The notes under the pieces: model-generated
Databases searched by the model: none
The model's input: only the letters and a program-made list of their open reading frames with translations
What the model was told of the DNA's origin: nothing
Origin: Mobula hypostoma
Lineage: Eukaryota
Assembly (NCBI RefSeq): GCF_963921235.1
Contig: NC_086106.1
Coordinates: 24,242,001-24,306,000 of the forward strand
Direction: 5' to 3'
Length of the DNA stretch: 64,000 nt
Made by a program: the position numbers and the translations under genes
Shown here: piece after piece, positions 38,258-50,556 of the stretch
Position numbering within the stretch: position 1 is the first letter of the stretch
Layout of the letters: every line of letters starts with the position of its first letter

Positions 38258-40068
38258 TGTCACAATGGGGTGCTAGGAACGGACCCAAATGCAAGACACA
38301 GACAATGAAGTACAAGGAACAGGACTTGACTATTAGGTCGTGAGGACACGCAGCCCCGTTTTATTGTCATTTAGTAATGCATGCATAAAGAAATGATACA
38401 ATGTTTTTCCAGAATGATATCACGGAAACACATGACAAAATGACTTAAAAACTAACAAAAAAAAACACATCATTATAACATATAGTTACGGCAGTGCAAG
38501 TAATACCGTAATTTGATAAGAAAAGACCATTTCACGGTAATAGTCTCAAAGTCTTTCCGAAAGTCCCATCTTCTCACGCAGACGGTAAACCTCCAGCGCC
38601 ACCAACTTGCCGATCCAGCATACTGGAAGCATTAGATCACAGTCCGACTCGGAGTCCGTCCGGAAACTCCGAGCCTCCGATCACCTCTTCGACACCGAGC
38701 ACCGAGCACCATCTCTGCCGAGCGTTCCGACCCCGGCCCCGGCAACAGGCAATAGGTAAAGCCGAGGATTTGGGGCCTTCGTCTCCGGTGATTCTCGATC
38801 GCACAGTAGCAACGGCAGCAAAGCAAGCATATCAGAAGTTACTTCATGTGTTGCTTCGCGCTTCTCACGGCTGCCTACATCAAATCCGAATTGTGCACGG
38901 ACCCTAGTTACATATAATCGATATCATTCGGAACGGCCGCTCGCGCTACACTGTGCCGCCATCTTATCCTCCCTCCTAGAGTTGGGACGTGACAGGATAC
39001 AAGAAAGGAGCAGGGACAGGGACAGTGACTTGGGGTAGGGAAAGCGGTACCAGAAACTATGGACTAGGAGACGAGGCTTGGACTCCGAGCCCGAGACTGG
39101 ACAAGAACCCAGAACCTGGGTCTTGCCTCGGGCTCGGACCTCAGAAATTGGCAAGGTCATGACATAGCTTCACGATTGGGCGTGGCTGGAGTCGAGAGGC
39201 CGGACCTTGGAGACAGGCTGGGGCCTTTGCTCTTGAGGTTTGAGGCTGGGGTGGATGGTTCTTGAGCTTGTCTGCAGGATGGGTTCGTGGGTCTTCAGCT
39301 TCACTGCAGGCTGTGGTCTTGGGTCTTGAGGTATCGCTTGGGGTCTTCGAGCCTTGGGTTTTTGGAGCTAGGCTTAGGGTCTTCGAGGTGTGTGTTTTTG
39401 AGGCTGGGCTTGGGATATTCGAGGCTTGTGTTGTTGGAGCTTGGCTTGGGTTTTTCGAGGCTTGTGTTCCTGGAGCTTGACTTGGGTTATTCAAGGTTTG
39501 TGTTCTTGGAGCTTGGCTTGGGCTCTTGCGGCTACTCCTGGTCAAGACGCGGAACGCCTGGGCAGGAAACGGAACTGCTGGGCAGGACGCGGAATTTCAC
39601 CCCACGGAGGCTAGGACAGGGAGGGACGGACCCAACCGCAGGGTAATGGCAAACGGCCTGCTTACCCGACAGAAGCAAGGACAGGAAAGGTGCTCAATGC
39701 AGGGTCGCTGTGAGTCTCGGGGCAGCCAGCAGCCTTAGCTGGCTACAGAAAGGGCCGAATCCTTACCACGATGACTAATCCCACGAGTGGCAGCAAGGCT
39801 CCATGAAGCGGTGGCCCTCTAACCAGGCCTATAGATCATGAATGGCTTCACTAGCCTTCCATCAATAGATTGCTCCAATGGGGACTGACAAGACCAACAA
39901 GCCGGTCACACTCAACCCCAAGGCTACTCACACTCCAAGCCCCAAGATGGGAATCAGGTGCCTATGCTCAGCTCAATCAAAACGAGGGACAGATGGAAGA
40001 CCCGGAGCCCCGAGTCCACGGATCGTACCGCGAACCGGAACGTGGACTCCACGGACCCGACAATGACG
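38258..40068 (-). mobile_element. Solo LTR with 36-bp VNTR and a nested insertion (about 38337-38965)
   Basis: Perfect 5-bp TSD GTAAT at 38253-38257 and 40069-40073. Termini TGTCA..TGACG. GGACCCAAATGCAAGACAC is the reverse complement of the 32940-32957 LTR end. The 12-aa repeat ORF SQAPRTQTLNNP.. reflects the 36-bp unit. Confidence 0.88.
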
Positions 40069-40110
40069 GTAATAATATCAGCGTTGTTGTGGTGCGAGAT
40101 TTTAATTTCC

Positions 40111-43100
40111 CAAGGGACAAAATCCAAAACCCGGTGCTTGGGATATCAGTTGGGGAGAGGTGAGGTCCGACCTCATGTGGATAAAATTGAGGCCATTCTG
40201 ACTGCCAAGGCAGGGAGGGAGAGTCCAGATCTGTTCCAAGAAAAGTTAATGGTAAGTCCCTTACTGCTCCCCTTGATTCTGGTAGTTCCAAATTATTAGG
40301 GAAAAAAAAAGTAGTGTTCCCTGTGATATTGACTGCAGCCAACAAACAGATTTTTTATGTGTACATGGTGATAGTAAGCTGGAGCCACATGTAGAACTTG
40401 CAGTGGAGGTAGATGGACAAAAGTACCTGATGACTGTGGGGTTGGTGGAGAATTTACCAGTTGAGATGTTTTTGGGGTGGGATTTGACTGTATGATCTCC
40501 TAAGCAGGGGTAGATGTCTCTGTAATGCTCGTGAAACTGTTTCAGAACCGAAAATGCATGTCTTGTTTTGTCATGACACGGTCCCAGGCAAAACCCAAGC
40601 TCCGTCTGAGATACAAAGTTTGCCAGACTTGTGTGGTAGTCTGTGCAATGCTGGTACCAAAGGGCCTAGAAAGACACGTCGGCAACGGCGGTCACAGAAA
40701 CATGCTGGTACACCTTTATCTTGTGAAATGCCTGAAAATACTGGGTTAGATGTTAAGTGGGAAGTGCCAGAAAACATCACCATAATACAACAGTGGGATC
40801 CTTTGTTAAAGTCTCTGTTAACCATGGTCATAACCTCTGCTAATTACAACGCATCCTTCACAGCGGCATCCTTTATTAGGGAGAGGAGCCAGGCAACAGG
40901 AGGTTAGTGAACATACAATTCACTGGGCAGAATCGTGGGTCACCGTAAGACATATCTCAGGCTGGTCTCCCGGTTCTTTTGGCCTTCAATGTACACTGAT
41001 GTTCATATATATTGCAAAACGTGCCCAGAGTGCCAAAAAAAAACAGTGCTGTCCGTAAATCAGACCAGGCACACCTCCAACCCATGCCAGTGATGACCAC
41101 CCCATTTAAGCGGATTGCAATGGACATTGTGCGGCCCCTGGAAAACAAAAAAAAAAAAAGCTCAGCAGGATATCAGTACATTCTTGTTGTATGTGATTAT
41201 GCCACACGATTCCCCGAAGTTTTTCCTCTCCCGTCGATAACCACTCCCAAACTGATCAGTGCTCTTGTTCAGCTCTTTTCTCCTGTTGGCATCCCGGAGG
41301 AAATCCTGACCGACCAGGCAACCAACTTTACATCTCGCCTGATGAGCCAGCTGCATAAGGAGTTGGGCATAACCGCAATCAGGACATCTCCTTATCACCC
41401 AGAGACAGATGACCTGGTGGAGAGGTTTAACCAAACACTCAAGAGATGCTCAGAAAGTTTGTATCTGATACAGGGAAGGATTGGGATAAGTGGTTACCCT
41501 TTCTGCTGTTTGCCTACAGGGAATTGCCTCAGGCGTCGACCGGATTCTCCTCTTTCGAGCTGCTCTATGGCTGTCCAGTCCACGGGCCCCTGGATCTTCT
41601 GAAACAGAACTGGGAGGAGAAGGTGGCAGCTAATCCCGTAGAGGGGCAAGGTGTTGTGCAAAATATCCTCCAGAGGAGGGTTCTGGTTAGAGCGGTAACG
41701 AGCGGAGGCCAGACTCAACCTCCTGGAGGCCCAGAAGACTCGGAAGCGGTAGTATGTCCAGCAGGTAAGCCAACATGAATTCAAACCAGTTCAAAAGGAC
41801 TTGTTGATCCAGATTGCTGCTGGCCAAGTGGTAGGGACGTTTGGAGGTTGTAAGGAGAATGGGGCGTACACCATATGACATCTTGCATCCAGAGAAAGGG
41901 AAACAAAAGCAAACTTACCATGTGAACCTTTTGAAAGCCTGGGAGGAAAGTAAGAGCCCTCCTTCCATCACCTCATTACTGGCACGCCGGGTCATTGAGG
42001 AAGATGAATCTGAAAGTGTAGTGGAGGCCTGAAAACAGTCTGCCAAGGTGGATCTCTCTCACCTAGATGGTGAGAAGCCAGTTGATTTGCAACTCATATT
42101 CGACACCTTCCCTCAGTTGCTCACACAGAAACCAGGCCATATAGATATGTTGCAGATTACCATTCAAGACAACCCAGGTCAGAGTCTAGTACGGCAGACA
42201 TGCTACCGAATAACAGAATGTCTGGTGAGGGCATTGAAGGAGGAGGTCCGCTTGATGTCGGAGCTTAGAGTCATCCAACCGTCTCAAAGTGAGTGGCGAA
42301 GCCCTATTGTCATTGTGCCGAAGAAGCATGGAAATCTTCATATTTGCATTGACTTTACGAAACTGAATGCCATCTCATTTTTCGATGCCTACCCGATTCT
42401 CCGGGTTGAAGACCTGCTGGGGAGGTTTGGGAGAGCCAACTACATCACCACCTTAGACCTCTGCAAGGGGTATTGGCAGGTCCCCCTGGAGAGCCAGGCC
42501 CGACCGCTCACTGCATCAGGACCCCTCTTGGCCTCTTTCAGTTCACGGTAATGCCCTTTGGCTTGTCTGGTGCCCCAGCCACTTTCCAGAGGCTTATGGA
42601 CAGAGTGCTGCAAGGTTGTGAGGACTGCAGTGCCGCCTATTAGGATGATGTGGTCATTTATAGCCTGACCTGGGAGGAACATCTGGAGTACCTTCGTCGA
42701 GTCCTTGGTGCAATCAACGCGACAGGACTTACACTAAAACTACAGAAATGTGAGTGGGCCAGGCAGGAAACCCGGTACCTGGGGAATCAGTTAGGGAGAG
42801 GTGAAGTCCGGCCTCAGGTGGGCAAAGTTGAGGCCATTCTGAAGAGCCCCAGGCCCCGTAGCCAGATCCACGTCTGGTCCTTTCTTGGCCTAGTGGGCTG
42901 GTACCGATTGTTCATCCCTCACTTTTCAACCTTGGCAGCCACATTGACCAACTTCACCTGAAAGTTGACCCATAATCCTGTTGAATGGAGTAAGGAGCGT
43001 GAAAGTGCTTTCCGGGGCCTGAAGGAGAAATTATGCACTTCCCCTGTGTTGCAGATTCCTGACTTTGAACGCCGCTTCCTTCTGCAGGTACATGTCTCAG

Positions 43101-43468
43101 GTGTAGGCATCGAGGCATTACTGGCTCAGGCAGAGCAGGTGAGGAACGTCCTGTGTTATATCTCAGCAGGAAACTTCTGCCCCGTGAAACCGGCACTCTG
43201 CAATCGAGAAGGAGTGTCTGGCAATCAAGTGGACGTTGGACAGCCTCAGGTACTACCTTCTTGGGAGGGAGTTTGACGTCCAGACGGACCACGGAACCCT
43301 GACCTGGATTGAGATAATGAGGGACCGGAATGCTGGGGTGACTCGGTGGTACATGGAACTTCAACTTTTCAGGTTATGTGTGCGGCACAAAGCAGGCAAG
43401 GAGAACATCACAGCGGACATCCTGTCAAGACTGCCAAACATTGCCGCTGAAGGAGAGGAGGGTGATAA
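40111..43468 (+). mobile_element. Gmr1-type Gypsy internal region: PR-INT-RT-RH order, frameshifted
   Basis: Protease tail (VEVDGQKYLMTVGLVENLPVEMFLGWDL, about 40410-40490). Integrase (HTIHWA..GH..CKTCPECQ..PFKRIAMDIV..VCDYATRFPE..EILTDQATNF..SPYHPETDDLVERFN, 40910-41930). RT ([40 protein letters not shown], 42050-42850). RNase H (FDVQTDHGTLTW..HKAGKENITADILSR, to 43435). Confidence 0.93.
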
Positions 43469-43914
43469 TGTGACGAAGGCCTGTCGCTGACTACGGACGG
43501 CACATGGAACACTCAGTAAAACTCTCATCCCTAGCTGCAATAATCACTTGATATGAAACAGAGCTGCTGCATTGAGCTGTCTCATATAGCGGCAGCAGCA
43601 AACTGCACAGGTGTGCTGATGGTGGAGGATACCGTCTTTAATTGGATAATTGAGTTAATTAGCTTTTGGTCGGTCTAGGGGGAGAGGGGTGTAGATTATC
43701 AGTTATAAGGCTCAAGTTACCAAGGCTTTGGGATTAGTTTTCTTTTGTGTTCAGTCTCAGGGTGGCTCTCTCTATATATATAGATGTTGTTCCTCAGTTT
43801 TTGTCTTGTTTTGAGGTAAATAAAAGCAGCTCAATTTATTTTTGCGACTCAAGCCTTCTGGTTATTTTTTTCTTAAACAATTGACCACAGATATTTTTTT
43901 GTTTTTTTCTGACA
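43469..43914 (+). mobile_element. LTR of the Gmr1-type element
   Basis: Follows the purine tract GAAGGAGAGGAGGG. Runs TGTGA..CTGACA, with a TATA-like element (43772) and AATAAA (43819). Confidence 0.7.
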
Positions 43915-43916
43915 TA

Positions 43917-43934
43917 TGGTGGCAGAGGTGTGAT
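43917..43934 (+). promoter_or_regulatory. tRNA-Leu-like primer binding site downstream of the LTR
   Basis: TGGTGGCAGAGGTGTGAT lies 2 nt after the LTR end and is 16/18 identical to TGGTGGCAGCGGTGGGAT (complement of a tRNA-Leu 3' end, recalled from memory). Confidence 0.6.
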
Positions 43935-43989
43935 GAGTGTTTTACTGAGTGCGCCATGTGCCATCCGTAGTCAGTGATGGGCCTCCGTC

Positions 43990-46330
43990 ACATGGTGTGA
44001 GACTTTAATTTCCCAAATATCGATTGGTATCTCCCTAGAACGAGGGGTTTGGATGCGTAGAACTTGCTGCTGTGTTCAGGAAAGTTTCTTGACACATTAT
44101 GTAGATAAGCCTACAAGAGCAGAGGCAGTACTTCCTCTGGTATTGGGAAATTAATCAGATCAGGTATCAGATCATTCACTGGGACAAAATTTAAGGGATG
44201 GTGATCACAATTTTATCACCTTTACAATGGTAATGGACAGCGGTAGGAACAGGCAAATTGGGGAAGCGTTTAACTGGAGAAAGGGGAGCTATGAGGATAT
44301 CAGACAGGAACTTGGATGTATAAATCGGCAACAGGTGGTCTCATTGAAAAGTATCTAAGAAATGTGGAAGCTATTCAGTGGATTTGCGTGGGCTTCAGCA
44401 TAGGTACGTTCCAATGAGACAGGGAAATGACGGTAGGGTAAAGGAACAGTGTTGTGCAAAGGCTGTTACAAAATCAAGTCAAGAAGGGAGGAACAGCTTA
44501 TGAAAGGGGCAAAAGACTTGGTAATGATAGAGATCTAGAAGATTATGAGGCAAGCAGAAAGGAGAATAAGAATGAAAGTAGGAGAGCCAGAAGGGGCCAT
44601 GAGAAGGTCTTGACGGACAGGATGTTTGAAAGCCACAAGGTATTCCAAAAGTATGTGAACAGCAAGACGATAAGAATTCCGACAATAGGACCAATCAAGT
44701 GTGACAGTGGAAGTGCGTGCCTGGGACCGGAGGTTTCAGCAGAGGTACTTAATGCTTACTTTGCTTCAGTATTCACTACGGAAAAGGATCTTGGCGATTG
44801 TAGAGATGACATACAGTGGAGTGAAATGCTTGAGCATGTAGATATTAAAAAAGTGGATGTGCTGCAGCTTTTGGAAAGCATCAAGTCGGACAAGTAACCA
44901 GGACCGGCCAAGAAGTACCCCAGGCTACTGTAGGAGAAGATGGGGGAGATTTCTGAGCCTCTGGCCATGATTTTGCATCATGAAAGCCGACGGGAGATTT
45001 TTCGGATGATTGAAGGGTTGCGGATCCTATTTCCTTATTCAAGAACGGGTGTACAAATAACCCAATAAATTATAGACCGGTGAGTCTTACTTCAGTGGTT
45101 GGTAAGTTGATCGAGAAGATCCTAGAGTCAGCGTTTATGAACATTTGGAGAGGCATAATATCATAATAAATAGTCAGCATGGCTCTGTCAAAGGCAGATC
45201 GTGCCTTATGAGTCTGGTTTAATTTTTAAAAGATGTGACTAAACAAATTGATGCAGGTAGAGCGGTAAATGTAGAGTATATGGGTCTCAGCAAGCCATTT
45301 GATAAGGTACACGATGCAAGACTTATTGAGAAAGTAAGGAGGCTTCGGATCCAAGGGGATATTGCTTTGTGTATCCGGAATGAGCTGCCCACAGAAGGCA
45401 AAGTGTGGTTCTGGAGGGGTCATTTTCTGCATGGACGTTGGTGACCAGTGGTGTGCCTCAGGGATTAGTTCTGGGACCTCTACTATTTGTGATTTTTATA
45501 AACGACCTGGATGAGGACGTGGAGGGATTGGTTTGTAAATTTCCTGATGACTCAAAGGCTGCGGGTGCTGTGGATAGTGTTGATGGCTGTCAGAGGTTAC
45601 AGGAGGACATTGATATGATGCAAAACTGCGCTGAGAATTTGCAGTTGCAGTTTAACCCAGATAAGTGTGGAAATTCAGAGGGATCTTGGAGTCCGAGTCC
45701 ATATGAAACTCAAAGCTGCTGTGCAGGTTGGCTATGTGCTTATGAAGACATATGGTGCATTGGCCTTCATCAATCGTGGAACTCAGTGTAGGAACCTAGG
45801 GATAATGTTGGAGCTATATAGCAGCTTGGTCAGACCCTATTTAGTGTACTGTGCTCAGTTCTGCTCGCCTCAGTACAGGAAGAAGAAAGTGTACAGATGC
45901 GGTTTACGAGGATGTCATTTGTTTTCGCCAGCATGTCTCCTGTGAATAGGTTGAGTGAACTCGGCCTTTTCTCCATGTGGCGACGGAAGATCAACGGTGC
46001 TCTGAGAGAGGTGCACAAGAGATCCCCCCCCCCACCCCCCCCCAGGGCTGAAATAGCTAGCACTCGAGGGCACCGTTTAAGGAGTTTCGAAGTAGGTACA
46101 GCGGTTTGTTTTTTTTGTTTTTTTTTACAGAGAATGGTAAGGGTGTGTAATGGGCTGCCAGCGACGGAGTTGGAGGCGCGGAATCGATCGGGTCTTTTAA
46201 GACACACCTGGATAGGTTCAGGGAGCTTCGAAACATAGAGGGCCATGAAATTATCTAAGGTAAAGACATATTCTGCGCAGCTTTGTGGGAGGACGGACCT
46301 GTATTGTGCATTAGGATTTCTTTGTTTCTA
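43990..46330 (+). mobile_element. CR1-like LINE ORF2 (endonuclease end plus RT), decayed
   Basis: DFNFPNIDW, AEVLNAYFASVFT, NYRPVSLTSVVGK, SKPFDKVH, GVPQGLVLGPLLFVIFINDLD..CKFPDDSK. 3' tail TTTCTATGT at about 46322. Confidence 0.88.
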
Positions 46331-46339
46331 TGTTTTTAT

Positions 46340-48045
46340 CATGCTGTGGAGCTGGAGGAAGCACCGGCGGTCGCGCCACTGGCAGACAGTCTCGCCCTGT
46401 CGCTCAGAGGGTAGGGAAAGGAAGAGGATGGCAGCAGTGACAGGGTACTCTATAGTTAGGTGGTCAGACAGGCGATTCTGTGGACACAGGAAAGAAACGC
46501 GGATGTTACTTTGCCTCCCAGGTGCCTGGGTCCGTTATGTTTCAGATCGGGTCCACGATACCTTAAAGTGGGAAGGAGAACAGCCAGTGGTTGTGGTACA
46601 TATCGGTACCAACGACATAGGTAGGAAAAAGGAAAAGTTCCTGAAAGCAGACTACTGGGAGTTAGGAAGAAAGTGGAGTAGCAGGACCTCAAAGGTAGTA
46701 ATCTCTGGATGAGTGCCTGTGCGACGTGACAGTGAGTACAGGAATAGAATGAATGGAGGATAATTGAGTGACTAAGGGATTGGAGCAGGGGGCAGGGATT
46801 CAGATTTCTGGATAACTTTGCCATCAGCGGACTGAAACGCTCTTGCATGTAGATCATAAGGAAGAGGATGTGCTGGAGCTTTTGAAAAGCAAAAGTTGGA
46901 TAAGGTACCGGGACCGGACGAGTTAAACTACAGGCTACTATGGGAAGCGAGGGAGGAGATTGCCGAATCTCTGGCGAAGATCTTTGAAGTATCAATGAGG
47001 ACATGAAACGTTATGAAGTATTGGAGGGTTACGGATATTTTTCCTTTATTCAAGAAGGGGAATCGGGATAGACCCCCCCCCCCAAAAAAAAATAAAACAA
47101 ACTATAGACCAGTGAGTTGGTAAGTTGATGGAGAAGATCCTGAGAGGTAGCATTTATGAATAACTGGAGAGACATAATATGATTAGGAATAGTCAGCATG
47201 GTTTTGTCAAAGGCAAGTCTTGACTTACGAGCCTGACTGATTTTTTTGAGGATGTGACTAAACACACTGATGAAGCGAGAACCTCAGATGTAGTGTATAT
47301 CGATTTTAGTAAAGCATTTGAAAAGGTATCCCATGCAAGGCTTATTGAGAAAGTAAGGAGGAATGGGATCCAGAACTGGCTTGCCCATAGGAAGTAAGCC
47401 AGTGGTTGTACATGGTTCATATTCCGCATGGTGGTCGAGGTCATTTATTAAAATCACAAAGAGTAGGGATCCCAGAACACATCCCTGAAGCACACCATTG
47501 ACAATTAATGCTCAGTTCTGGGCGGTTCACTACATGAAGGACGTGAAAACCATAGAAAGGATGTTGCCTGGATTGGGGAGCATGCCTTATGAGAATAGGT
47601 TGAGTGAACACTCCTTTTTTTTTCCACTTGGAGCAACGGAGAATCGGAGAATCGGAGAATGAGCGGCGACCTCATAGAGATGCACAAGATTATGAGAGGC
47701 TTGTCATTTGGATTGTCAGAGGCATTTTCCTAGGGCTGAAATGGCTAGCACGAAAGGGCATAGGTTTATGGCGCTTTGCAGGAGATACAGAGTAGACGTC
47801 AGTGATCAGTTTTTTTTTCGGCAGTGACTGTGAACTGCGTGGAATGTGCTGCTGGCGGCATTGTTGGAGGCGGAAAAAGACAGGGTCTTCTAAGATACTC
47901 CTGGATAGATACATGGAGTTTATAAAAATAGAGGGCTACAGGTAAGCCCATGTAATTCCAAGGTAAGGGCATGTTCGGCACAGCTGTGTAGGCCGAAGCA
48001 CCTGTATTGTGCTGTAGGTTTTCTGTCTTTCCAGTTCTATGTCTG
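46340..48045 (+). mobile_element. Composite, internally deleted CR1-like LINE (ORF1 esterase joined to RT and 3' pieces)
   Basis: GYSIVRWSDRRFCG..CLPGAWVR..VVVHIGTNDIG (46430-46830), then DKVPGPD, SQHGFVKGKSCLTSL and VVYIDFSKAFEKV (46900-47400). 3' end at about 48045. Confidence 0.82.
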
Positions 48046-48529
48046 GTAGGTAACAGGTCCATCCAACGCAAGAGCTGTGATACTTAAATACAATACTGAA
48101 CATTATAAAGAACCAGACGGCTGGTAGATGATTCCTGCAGACAGCAAACGTTTGAAAACGTTTTCGAAATTGAAAAAACATCCTCCAGAACAAAACCCAC
48201 CAAAGATACGTCGGTCAATGTTATATTTATTTTTGTGAATATCACATTTCCTCGGACAATAGCCACCGTTCGCTTTGTGCTGCATCTGATTTTCAGTTTG
48301 TGACTGCTGATGGCCATAAACAGATTAAACATGAAAGCAACCGTTAACCATATGGGAATGTCGAAGATAAGCTAACGGAATGCAATAAATTAACCGTAGA
48401 ATTGACTGCAAATTAGTAAGTCAACGACAACTTTAATCACGGTGGTCTTATTATCAGCTTAACTGCTGCTGGCATGAGCATCAGACAGCAAGTGATACGT
48501 TTCGAAAAGCTGTGTCGTCCACGAGAAAA

Positions 48530-48770
48530 TTACAAGCTTCACACAGTTCCCTGTATGACAGAACGAAGAGAAGGTGAACTAGCTATTATACTGCCCGATG
48601 CATCAGTAGATTCTTGGGACGCTGAAATGAAATTTCGTTCTGTGTTAGAGGACATAGCTGATAACTGCAACTGATAGATTTAGTGATGGATGCGAAAGTA
48701 GAAGTCATTTTTGTCACATGTAGAAACAAATGTCTCAGAACAAATAAAATGATGTTAGACTATCGATAGT
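48530..48770 (+). pseudogene. Possible highly decayed V remnant
   Basis: FTQFP / ERREGELAII(C) / ATDRFS..ESRSHFCH fragments appear in the expected V-domain order. There is no intact WY or YYC. Confidence 0.3.
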
Positions 48771-48989
48771 CACACACTTAACAAATAAATTTGTTCAGGT
48801 TTTAGCAACCTGTTCAGATTTTAACAATAAATATCACAAATAAAAAAGAGAAAAAGGATGAGAATCGCCTGACTAAAAGTTCACAACTGTAAACATCGCA
48901 TTTCATAATATTGTTTCCAGGAAAATGGGATATTTCGGAGACAAATATAATATTTGGGAAAATTCTAATATGGTTGATATTTCAAGCCA

Positions 48990-50556
48990 TGTCATGGTCC
49001 GGTCCGTGAAGTCCACATTCCGGTTCTCGGTCCATTCCTCAACCGCATTCCAGGTTTTCCTGTTCTCCCCGTGTCTGCTGGATGTTCTAATTGAGGCACA
49101 TGATTCTTGTTTGGGTTGGACGGACACATAAATACCTGTGGAGACCAGGGCTTGGCTGCTGGATTGTTCCCGTCAAAACCCCGTCTGTATCCCTTCCCTT
49201 CCCTTCCCTTCCTCTTCCTCCCAGAGACCTGCTTGAAGCCTCGCCTTTCCTCGCCTTGCTTTGTCGGAAGCTTTGCCTCCCCTGTAACCTTCGCCGGCAA
49301 CCATCGCCTGTACCGTTGTCAAGTTCAACTGCCGGGGCAAGATATGGAACCGACTATCGTTATTTGAAACAGTCTGTTGTGTCCACGCCGTCACTAGGTA
49401 GGTCCGGCCGTTTACAGTTACCTGGTGTTGGGAACCGTTTCTGTGTCCACGCTTTCGCTAGGTAGGTCCGGCCGTCTTGCCGCGACTTTGTATTAGGAAC
49501 CATCTCTTTGTTCCCTCGCCTCCGCTGCGTAGGTCCGGCCATTTACCACTACCTTGAGTGGATATCTGTCTCTTTGTGTTTTGTGTAGGGGTGTACGAGT
49601 CCCGGCCCTACCTCCTGTTCCCTTGTAGGAGTCCTGACTCTGTGTAGAGCGTCGGCCCCAAGTCCGGTTCCCAAGGATGGGTCCTGGCACTGTGTTCCAT
49701 GTCCCTATGCTCCTATCTCTCCCAAGACCAAGGTTCTGTGTTCCAGTCTCTCCCTCGACCTAGGGTCTGTGTTCTGCGTTCCTGTCTCCCAAGACCAAGG
49801 CTCTGCGTTCTGCGTTTCTGTTTTTCAAGAGCAAGGCTCTGTGTGCTGCCTTCCTATCTCCCAAGAGCAAGGCTCTGTGTTTTGCCTTACTATCTCCCAA
49901 GAGCACGGCTCTGTGTTCTGCGTCCCTGTCTCCCAAGACCAAGGCTCTGTGTTCTGCGTTCATGTCTCCCAAGACCAAGGCTCCATGTTCTGCGCTCCTG
50001 TCTCCCTCGAGCAAGTCAATGCTTCGTGGTCTCGTCCTGTCCATGTGACTCGCCCAGCCCAGTATTATCTGGCCCAGTCCGGTGCTGGATTTCCCTCGTC
50101 CTGTCCAGGAGTCACTCATCCATTCCTGTAACCACGTAATGTTTTTGCCTACTTCTGGAGTCCGAGCACGAGTAAAGACCTAGGTTCTGGGTCCTTAAAC
50201 AGTCTCTGGCTCGGAGTCCGAACCCAGGTCTTGTCATGCACTCGCCTCGAGGAATCCAAGCCTCGTCATGTCCTCACCTCGAGGAACCGAACCCTCGTCA
50301 TGTCCTCGCCTAGATCCGGTGTCCGAGCCCGAGTCAAGTTCCAGGTTCGGGTCGTTGTCCAGTCTCTGGCTCGGAGTCCTTGTTCAGGTTTCAATTTCCT
50401 AGTTCCTCGCCCATGTGCCGCTTCCCTAGACAAGTTCTAGCCCTAGTCTGCATCCAGACGAGTACCTAACTCTAGCTCTCTAGTCAAGTCTTGTTCCTAT
50501 TTATTCAGTGTCTGTGTCTTGCACTTGGCTCTGCTCCCAGCACCCACCTTATGACA
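48990..50556 (+). mobile_element. Solo LTR (about 1.57 kb) with 36-bp VNTR
   Basis: TGTCA..TGACA termini. Flanks AGCCA/GGCCA are a 4-of-5 TSD match. The start TGTCATGGTCCGG is shared with 31403. Confidence 0.88.
49720..50010. repeat. 36-bp tandem repeat (about 8 copies)
   Basis: CCAAGA(C/G)CAAGGCTCTGTGTT units at 49753, 49789, 49825, 49861, 49897, 49933 and 49969. Confidence 0.95.

Noticed and set aside
49699-50139. 146-aa Cys/Arg-rich repeat ORF, with analogous ORFs at 31732-32247 and 39141-39646
   Set aside because: These are by-products of 36-bp VNTRs inside solo LTRs, open in several frames and on both strands. There is no evidence for a host gene.
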